Positions 15,380 through 21,283 of a stretch of DNA of 32,000 nt are shown piece after piece. The translations under genes were made by a program, and so were the position numbers. Position 1 is the first letter of the stretch, and each line of letters opens with the position of its first letter. The notes under the pieces were generated by a model. It was not told the DNA's origin. It ran no database searches and worked only from the letters and a program-made list of their open reading frames with translations. This DNA is from an uncultured Gammaproteobacteria bacterium (lineage in GTDB: Bacteria; Patescibacteriota; Microgenomatia; Daviesbacterales; UBA10151), in the NCBI GenBank assembly GCA_964360965.1, contig CAYHYM010000004.1, positions 1 through 32,000 of the forward strand. Direction: 5' to 3'.

Positions 15380-17368
15380 ATGGCTGCCAGAGACACCCAA
15401 CTTTTTAGACTGCTTTTTGAACCCAATGGAGTGATCGTTCAGTTTTACAAAAATCCCCAAACAGCTTATGTGGTGGCTGGTGGACGCTATTTTAGTAAAA
15501 GAGCTACTCTGAGACTGCTGCGTTTTCTACTACCTGGCTATAGAGTCTATCAAGAGGATAATCAGCTGGTTGAACAATTATACAGAAATCAGGCTGTTGA
15601 TTTTAACATCAAAAGTTTAACATTTTACACACCAGAACCCATCCTATCAGAATTTGCTCACAATCAGTTAGAAAAAATAGACCAACTACCTATTGAAGTC
15701 AGAGAACAAACTCAAAACCTATGGGCAGAAAGGTGGCAACTACCACAAAACCAAAAAGAAGTTGATCTTCATTATTTACTGAGACTTCCCCACCGAATCC
15801 CCATAATAATAAAAAGATTAATTATCCATAACATCCCCCCATTAAAAGCGTTGAGGTATTATCAGGTTAAAGCACAAATTTTTGCCAAAAGACTTCTCAG
15901 AAGAGTTATTACAACAAGACTGACTACAGGTTTAATTGGGGCGGGGATAGGGGGTGGTCTGGCAGGACTACCCGGAGCATTAATGGGGGCTGCTTCAGGG
16001 TGGTTTGCTCCCTCTTTTATTGCCGGCGGTGGTGGTAGTTTACTTTTCAGGATAGGTGGACTTTTGACGGGTGGGGGCAGCAATATTTTATTGGGGCTGG
16101 GTAGATTGGCTCTTGTCTCTTTCCCTGTTACAGCTGTGGTGGTGGCTGTAGGACTGACTGTATTACTTATTATTGTTGTTATTATTTTACCCACCGCCCA
16201 ACTAACTCCATCTCCTATTGTCGAAGCTGGATTGGTTGGCAATCTTAACAGTTGCCGGTTTACCAGGGATGCGGTGTTAAGACCGGTTAAAAGCGCCGGG
16301 CTTTTGAAAATTTTTCAAGAGGTAGCTGCTCAATCCGGGGTTCCCGCATCAGTGCTTGCTTCGGTAGCCATGCATGAAAATCCCATTTTTACATCTTCGG
16401 CCGAAGATAGTCACGATGTTTTTGGTAATGTTGGTTTTAGTGGCCTGGATTGTTTACCGCATTTTCCCACCTCAGATACCGGAGCTTTGGGACTGATGCA
16501 GGTACAGCCTCCCAAAAATATTCACGATCAAATCAAGTCAAAAGCAGTACCCTCTTTTGAAAAAGTAGCAGCTTATTCTGAAACCGGGGTAACAATTGGC
16601 GCACAGTTTGTGGGTAAAACTGCAGATTCTCTAACATTTCAGGATTTTTGCGATATTAGAACCAATATCTACCTGGGGGCTGGAGTTTTAATCAGTAAAA
16701 ATGGCGGTAAACCACCTGCCACTCCAGATGAGGTGGAGGAAGCTGTCTGCCGTTACTTTGGAGGAAGCTGTTTTTACCCTCATCCTGTAAGTGGACCGTA
16801 TCACTATGGTACAGAGGCCAGAAAAGATTTTGACAGCTGCCAGCAATTATTGATAGCTTCCACTGCTTGCCCGTCACAGGGGGGAAAGATCAAAACACCA
16901 TCTTATCAAATCAATCCCTCTATTGGCCACTGCAGTCCATTTTATGGAGTATGCCCTACCAACAGTCGCAGAGCCAAAGCCATTGATGTGGATACCAGAG
17001 GACAAGATATCATCTTTCCCACCATTTTAGGGCAAAAAGTAAGTTGGCAGTACCTAACACAGTTCTTGCTTAATAAATCAGGTGATTGTGAACTGGGGCT
17101 TTCTTCTTGCGGGATTGGGGTGGTCTTCCAAACCAGTGTGGACACTGATACCTGGGTACTACATTTACTTCATCTGGACAGTAACAACACCCTGTCCTTT
17201 AAGCCAGGATTATTGGCTGATTCTGGAACGGTTGTTGGTAAAACCATCCCCGGGGTTTTCCTGCATGTTAACATAGGCAAGAATATTAAAAACCCCGACA
17301 GTCCTTCCGGGGGTGATAAAGACTTAGATCCTGGCTGGATAGCGGCAGATTTTATGTGTAACCAATGA
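15380..17368 (+). CDS. Membrane-anchored T4SS cell-wall hydrolase (PrgK/CwlT/VirB1-like): SLT lytic transglycosylase domain plus a degenerate M23/LytM-like domain
   Basis: 662-aa ORF with a cytoplasmic N-region of about 180 aa. The TM region is Gly-rich (GLIGAGIGGGLAGLPGALMGAASGW...GGGGSLLF). The SLT pattern is AMHENP...GALGLMQV...NIYLGAGVLI...CRYFGG. The C-terminus has the M23 layout (AIDVDT...WVLHLLHL...GVFLHVNIG), but the first His of HxxxD is missing. Confidence 0.75.
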   Translation: MAARDTQLFRLLFEPNGVIVQFYKNPQTAYVVAGGRYFSKRATLRLLRFLLPGYRVYQEDNQLVEQLYRNQAVDFNIKSLTFYTPEPILSEFAHNQLEKIDQLPIEVREQTQNLWAERWQLPQNQKEVDLHYLLRLPHRIPIIIKRLIIHNIPPLKALRYYQVKAQIFAKRLLRRVITTRLTTGLIGAGIGGGLAGLPGALMGAASGWFAPSFIAGGGGSLLFRIGGLLTGGGSNILLGLGRLALVSFPVTAVVVAVGLTVLLIIVVIILPTAQLTPSPIVEAGLVGNLNSCRFTRDAVLRPVKSAGLLKIFQEVAAQSGVPASVLASVAMHENPIFTSSAEDSHDVFGNVGFSGLDCLPHFPTSDTGALGLMQVQPPKNIHDQIKSKAVPSFEKVAAYSETGVTIGAQFVGKTADSLTFQDFCDIRTNIYLGAGVLISKNGGKPPATPDEVEEAVCRYFGGSCFYPHPVSGPYHYGTEARKDFDSCQQLLIASTACPSQGGKIKTPSYQINPSIGHCSPFYGVCPTNSRRAKAIDVDTRGQDIIFPTILGQKVSWQYLTQFLLNKSGDCELGLSSCGIGVVFQTSVDTDTWVLHLLHLDSNNTLSFKPGLLADSGTVVGKTIPGVFLHVNIGKNIKNPDSPSGGDKDLDPGWIAADFMCNQ

Positions 17369-17375
17369 AAAGCCA

Positions 17376-17822
17376 ATGAAAAAAGTAGTTATAGTTTTTA
17401 TAATCATCTTTGCTATTATATCCATAACCAGAATTATATCCATAAACAGATCTGTTTTTCTAAAACCAGAACAGCTACCCACTGTTGCACCAGAACAATT
17501 AAAAATTATCTCCACCAACCCCCACCCCCTGGATGAGGCAACCATTCTACCCACCCAAAATATTGAATTTACTTTTAATAAACCCCTGTTTAGAAGCCAG
17601 TTTAAACACAAGTTTGATCCGGACATTGAACATGAGGTAGAAGTTATTGACGGCCGGGATAAAGAGTTTGGACAAACCTTCAAAATAGTTTTTAAAAAAC
17701 CACTGGAACTGGGCCTGGGATATGCTTTATTTGTATTTACCAACACTAAAACAGAGGGGGGTCTATTTTTAGATAAAGAGTATGTTTTCCATTTTCAAAC
17801 TATTAAATACAAAGGCTTTTAA
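17376..17822 (+). CDS. Membrane-anchored Ig-like (SbsA/Big_5-type pattern) protein, hypothetical
   Basis: 148-aa ORF with an N-terminal TM helix (VVIVFIIIFAIISI). The sequence LKIISTNPHPLDEATILPTQNIEFTFNKPL...FKIVFKKPLELGLGYALFV...FHFQT fits a bacterial Ig-like pattern. It is the last gene of the VirB4 operon. Confidence 0.55.
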   Translation: MKKVVIVFIIIFAIISITRIISINRSVFLKPEQLPTVAPEQLKIISTNPHPLDEATILPTQNIEFTFNKPLFRSQFKHKFDPDIEHEVEVIDGRDKEFGQTFKIVFKKPLELGLGYALFVFTNTKTEGGLFLDKEYVFHFQTIKYKGF

Positions 17823-18994
17823 GAAAGCTTTACCGGCATCAGGATATATTCCAAACCCTCAACTCCCACCGGCCGGATCAGGCAGGCTGACAAGGATCCG
17901 GAAAAATTAAGGGTTATTTTTGAAGAAGGCGCGTTTGATATAGCATCAATTAAAAATCTGGCATTAAAGGCAATGGTTAACCCGTCACCTGAAACATCAG
18001 CTTCAATTTCATTTTGCTGGCTGCCCAACTCTTTAGCAGAGGAGCTCAATACCATTTTATCTTTTTCCAGTTTAAGCACAATAATATTGGCTTCGTTTTT
18101 GGCAAATACCGCCGCCAGTTTGACAGCCACCAGCATCTGCTCTTTGTTAATGATGGCAGTTGTTTGAATTTGGGTGGGGATAATCTTCTCCCAGGAGGGG
18201 AATTGTCCTTCTATCAACCTTGAGGAAATGATGGTTTCTCCGATATGAAAGATGATCTGATTTTGGCTGGAGATGTCTTTAATAACCACCTCATCAACTC
18301 CCTCCTCTGAAATGATTTTTAAAACCTCTTCCAAAGTTTTTTTGGGTATCAGGCTTCTAAACCCTTTGACGGAGTTTATCCCGAGCGGCTTGTCCTGAGA
18401 TTTGTCGAAGGACTTGTCCTGAGATTTGTCGAAGGAAGTCAAGGGACTCAGGGCAAGCTGTATTTGCCTGTGGGCCAGCCTAAAACCGTCAGTGGCCACA
18501 AAATCAAGCTTACCAGCGCTGCTTTGGGTTAACACTCCTGTTAAGGTAGGCCTTCCTTCATCGGTGGCCGCAGCATATAAAATCTGGGCGCAGGAGTTGA
18601 GCATATTCTTGGGCAAACTTATGCCTTCACCCCCTCCCACAGGAATTACCGGAAATTCAGATGAGGATCCTGCTGAAATCGTGGCCTGGAATTTTCCCGC
18701 ACTAACAATTAAGCTGTTTTGATTTGTGGAAATGTCGATTTTTGGCTCTTTTAAAGAGGTTACTACCTCGAGGATGGTTTTGGCAGGAACCACAATCTCA
18801 CCAGGCTCTTGAATTTGCGCCGGGACAAATTTAATCACCCCAATTTCTAAATTGGTGGCAGATAACCTGACCTTAGACCCCTCTGTGGTAAAAAGGATAT
18901 TTTCCAGTATAGGGAGTGTTGATCTGATACCTGTTGATCTGACAACTGTTTGTAAGGGTGGAAGTAAGTCTTGTTGTAATATAGTAAACTTCAT
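17819..18994 (-). CDS. dnaN: DNA polymerase III beta sliding clamp
   Basis: 391-aa ORF. MKFTILQQDLLPPLQTVVRSTGIRSTLPILENILFTTEGSKVRLSATNLEIG is a canonical beta-clamp N-terminus. It lies downstream of dnaA. Confidence 0.95.
   Translation of the reverse strand: MKFTILQQDLLPPLQTVVRSTGIRSTLPILENILFTTEGSKVRLSATNLEIGVIKFVPAQIQEPGEIVVPAKTILEVVTSLKEPKIDISTNQNSLIVSAGKFQATISAGSSSEFPVIPVGGGEGISLPKNMLNSCAQILYAAATDEGRPTLTGVLTQSSAGKLDFVATDGFRLAHRQIQLALSPLTSFDKSQDKSFDKSQDKPLGINSVKGFRSLIPKKTLEEVLKIISEEGVDEVVIKDISSQNQIIFHIGETIISSRLIEGQFPSWEKIIPTQIQTTAIINKEQMLVAVKLAAVFAKNEANIIVLKLEKDKMVLSSSAKELGSQQNEIEADVSGDGLTIAFNARFLIDAISNAPSSKITLNFSGSLSACLIRPVGVEGLEYILMPVKLS
18389..18436. repeat. Perfect 2 x 24-bp tandem direct repeat inside dnaN (encodes SFDKSQDK twice)
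   Basis: Read directly. CTTGTCCTGAGATTTGTCGAAGGA occurs at 18389-18412 and again at 18413-18436. Confidence 0.95.
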
Positions 18995-19440
18995 GGTTTT
19001 TTAGCAGTTATAAACTTTTGTATTTCCTCTTCGGTAACTTTTATCAATCTAAAATTAACCCTTCCCTCTGTTATCAGGTTTTTAATATGTTTTTCTTCTA
19101 CTGTCAAGTCCCCTAATCCTGATTTAACTTCTATAAAATCTATTTTTTGATTATTTTTAATGCCAATAAAATCAATTGGCCAGCCTAAAGGAATAATCCG
19201 GTCATAATCATAACGCAGCTCAGCGTATATTAACAGTTCAGCCATTTTTCCTTTTTGAGGGTTAATAGATCCTTGAATAGATTGCAGTATTTTACCTGGT
19301 AAATCCTGTATAATTTTGTAAATTTCTATAAAATCAGTAGTTGTTTGGGGAAGGGATTTTTGGTGTAATCTTCCTAAAAGATAAGCTACTACAATTGCTG
19401 ATAAAATAATAATAGCTAAAACCAAGTTAAAGTTATCCAC
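18991..19440 (-). CDS. Membrane-anchored PD-(D/E)xK nuclease-like protein related to archaeal Holliday-junction resolvase Hjc (COG4741-like)
   Basis: 149-aa ORF with an N-terminal TM helix (LVLAIIILSAIVVAYLL). The motif AELLIYAE...PIDFIGIKNNQKIDFIEVKSG fits E...D...E-x-K. Its stop and the dnaN start form an ATGA overlap. Confidence 0.5.
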   Translation of the reverse strand: MDNFNLVLAIIILSAIVVAYLLGRLHQKSLPQTTTDFIEIYKIIQDLPGKILQSIQGSINPQKGKMAELLIYAELRYDYDRIIPLGWPIDFIGIKNNQKIDFIEVKSGLGDLTVEEKHIKNLITEGRVNFRLIKVTEEEIQKFITAKKP

Positions 19441-19609
19441 TATTATGTTCGATTATACTACAATTTAATAATAATAGTAGTAAATAATATAGTTGGTGGA
19501 TATGTTGAAAAGCCTAAAAATGATGCTGGAGATTCGCATAAAATTTGTGTTGAAAGTAGGTTGATTTCTTGTTGATAAGTTGTGGAAAAGTGACTTATCC
19601 GGTGGATAA
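19441..19609. other. Candidate oriC half: AT-rich stretch plus a cluster of DnaA-box-like 9-mers between dnaA and the nuclease/dnaN genes
   Basis: The AT-rich run is 19441-19492. Matches to TGTGGATAA are GGTGGATAT (19495-19503), TGTTGATAA (19570-19578), TGTGGAAAA (19581-19589) and GGTGGATAA (19601-19609, inside the dnaA 3' end). Confidence 0.45.
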
Positions 19610-20926
19610 ATTATTTTTGACTTCCCCCAGTATCCGCTGGACATCTTTGTCAGTGTCTGCCAGTTTTTTTATTTTATCCCTCCCATGCATGACAGTGGTA
19701 TGGTCCCTGTTGCCTAAAATTTGTCCTATTTTTTCAACTGTTAAATTTAGGTGCTCGCTTAAGATAAACATAGTTATATGTCTTGGTAGAACCAACTCTT
19801 TTTGTCTTCTTGATCCGATCAAATCTTTTTGGCTTAAATTAAAGTAATCGCAAATAGTTGTTAAAACAAGTTTTGGGTCTACTTTTAGATTATTTTTGGG
19901 AGTTGTTTGTAAATGCAGGCTGATATTTTCGGTGGTTGGGGGTAAGTTCTGGGTCTTTAAAATCTGCAAAATCTGAACAAGCCGCCCCTCCAGCTCTCTG
20001 ATGTTTGTATTATATGATGAGGCCAAAAGCTGTAGCGCTTCCTCTGATAAAACCGCTCCCTGCTGCAAACATTTGGCGCGCAGTATGGCAACTCTGGTGT
20101 CAAAATCAGGCGGCTGGATATCAATCATCAGCCCTCCTGCAAAGCGTGATTTTAGCCTGTCCTCAAGTTTTGCTATCTCATTGGGAGAGCGATCTGATGT
20201 TAAAATAACCTGGGAATTTTTTGAAATTAGCTCATTAAATGTGTGGAAAAACTCTTCCTGTGTTCCCTCTCGTCCTGAAAAAAACTGGATATCATCTATC
20301 AGTAAAACATCCAGGGAGCGGTATTTGGCACGCAGAGCACCCATCTTGTGTGTTTGTATTGCTTCAACATAATCGTTCATAAATTTTTCAGATGGAGAGT
20401 AGATAATTTTGATGTGTGGTTTTTTGTCAAGGATGGCGTTGCCAATGGCAAGCATCAGGTGGGTTTTGCCCACCCCTGTGCCGCCATAAATAAAAAGAGG
20501 ATTGTAAGATAAGCCTGGATTTTGAGCCACAGCCAAAGCTGCCGCATATGCCACATTATTGGATAACCCTACCACAAAATTTTCTAAGGTGTATTTGGGA
20601 TTAAGCGAGTGGGAGGCAACAGGCTCAATAATCTGGAAAAAATCCTCCTCTTTTTGGTCAGAAAATTTCTCCAACATCCTCACAGTTAAATCAATCTTAA
20701 CCTTTTGGCCTAAAAGCTTTTCAAAGGTGCGCTCAATTAACTCCAGGTGCCTTTGGCTTAAAGTTTCTTTGATAAAGGCGTTATGGGCAGACAGAGTGGC
20801 AATTCCGTTGTTAAGTGATTGTAGGGCGGTTTTTTGGAAAAAGGTTTTAAAGTTGGCAGCAGAGACCTGCGGCTTGATGCCCTCTAAAAATTTATGCCAG
20901 AGCTTTAAGTTGTCCATGTTGTCCAT
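19595..20926 (-). CDS. dnaA: Chromosomal replication initiator protein DnaA
   Basis: 443-aa ORF with the AAA+ Walker A (GGTGVGKTHLM) and Walker B (VLLIDDIQF). The C-terminal DNA-binding signature GNRDHTTVMHG is present. Confidence 0.97.
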   Translation of the reverse strand: MDNMDNLKLWHKFLEGIKPQVSAANFKTFFQKTALQSLNNGIATLSAHNAFIKETLSQRHLELIERTFEKLLGQKVKIDLTVRMLEKFSDQKEEDFFQIIEPVASHSLNPKYTLENFVVGLSNNVAYAAALAVAQNPGLSYNPLFIYGGTGVGKTHLMLAIGNAILDKKPHIKIIYSPSEKFMNDYVEAIQTHKMGALRAKYRSLDVLLIDDIQFFSGREGTQEEFFHTFNELISKNSQVILTSDRSPNEIAKLEDRLKSRFAGGLMIDIQPPDFDTRVAILRAKCLQQGAVLSEEALQLLASSYNTNIRELEGRLVQILQILKTQNLPPTTENISLHLQTTPKNNLKVDPKLVLTTICDYFNLSQKDLIGSRRQKELVLPRHITMFILSEHLNLTVEKIGQILGNRDHTTVMHGRDKIKKLADTDKDVQRILGEVKNNLSTG

Positions 20927-20935
20927 CAGGATAAG

Positions 20936-21000
20936 TTATCCACAATTTAATCCACAAGTGAGTTTTCCACAATATAGAGAAACTATTAAAAAGTGGATCA
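20936..21000. promoter_or_regulatory. DnaA-box cluster in the dnaA/rpmH divergent intergenic region
   Basis: TTATCCACA (20936-20944, perfect consensus), TAATCCACA (20948-20956), TTTTCCACA (20963-20971), and AGTGGATCA (20992-21000, reverse orientation, 2 mismatches). Confidence 0.6.
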
Positions 21001-21006
21001 AAAATT

Positions 21007-21036
21007 TTGACAAATCCCAACAAATTCTGGTAAAAT
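21007..21036 (+). promoter_or_regulatory. Candidate rpmH promoter: TTGACA-18 nt-TGG-TAAAAT (extended -10)
   Basis: TTGACA (21007-21012) and TAAAAT (21031-21036), the latter preceded by TG at 21028-21029. The rpmH ATG lies 6 nt after the -10 hexamer. Confidence 0.45.
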
Positions 21037-21042
21037 TAAAGC

Positions 21043-21180
21043 ATGCCAAAAAGAACCTACCAGCCTAAAAAATTAAAAAGATTAAGAAAACACGGGTTTA
21101 GAAGCAGAATGGCAACCCATGATGGTGCTAGAGTTCTAAAAAGAAGAAGAGCCAGAGGTAGAAAAAGACTAACGGTATAA
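21043..21180 (+). CDS. rpmH: 50S ribosomal protein L34
   Basis: Below the ORF-track size cutoff. Hand translation gives [45 protein letters not shown]. This is the canonical L34 sequence in the canonical position before rnpA. Confidence 0.95.
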   Translation: MPKRTYQPKKLKRLRKHGFRSRMATHDGARVLKRRRARGRKRLTV

Positions 21181-21187
21181 GGTTTTC

Positions 21188-21277
21188 GTCATTCCTGCGA
21201 ATGCAGGAATCCATTTAACAAAAAACGTAAACCCATGCCGCTCAAGTTAATTGGATCCCGACATTCGTCGGGATGAC
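21188..21277. mobile_element. MITE/REP-like palindromic element of about 90 bp between rpmH and rnpA
   Basis: Hairpin 1 is ATTCCTGC-GAAT-GCAGGAAT (21191-21210). Hairpin 2 is ATCCCGAC-ATTC-GTCGGGAT (21255-21274). The left 25 nt and the reverse complement of the right 25 nt match at 19/25 positions by hand alignment. The outer ends are GTCAT...ATGAC. Confidence 0.45.
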
Positions 21278-21283
21278 ACCGCT

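Noticed and set aside
15862-16242. 126-aa Pro-rich minus-strand ORF
   Set aside because: It is the mirror image of the Gly-rich (GGN codon) region of the hydrolase gene. CCN codons on the antisense strand give an artefactual poly-Pro ORF.
17324-17746. 140-aa minus-strand ORF overlapping the Ig-like gene
   Set aside because: The plus-strand ORF continues the operon with a 7-nt spacing and has a signal-anchor plus an Ig-like pattern. The minus-strand ORF is Ser/Cys-rich with no features.
20001-21068. Plus-strand ORFs 20001-20372, 20005-20208 and 20559-21068 (169 aa)
   Set aside because: They are antisense to dnaA. The last one also runs through the DnaA boxes and into the rpmH start.
21251-21283. 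MDPDIRRDDTA N-terminal extension of rnpA
   Set aside because: It is encoded by the right hairpin of the intergenic palindromic element. The conserved RnpA N-terminus begins at ATG 21284.
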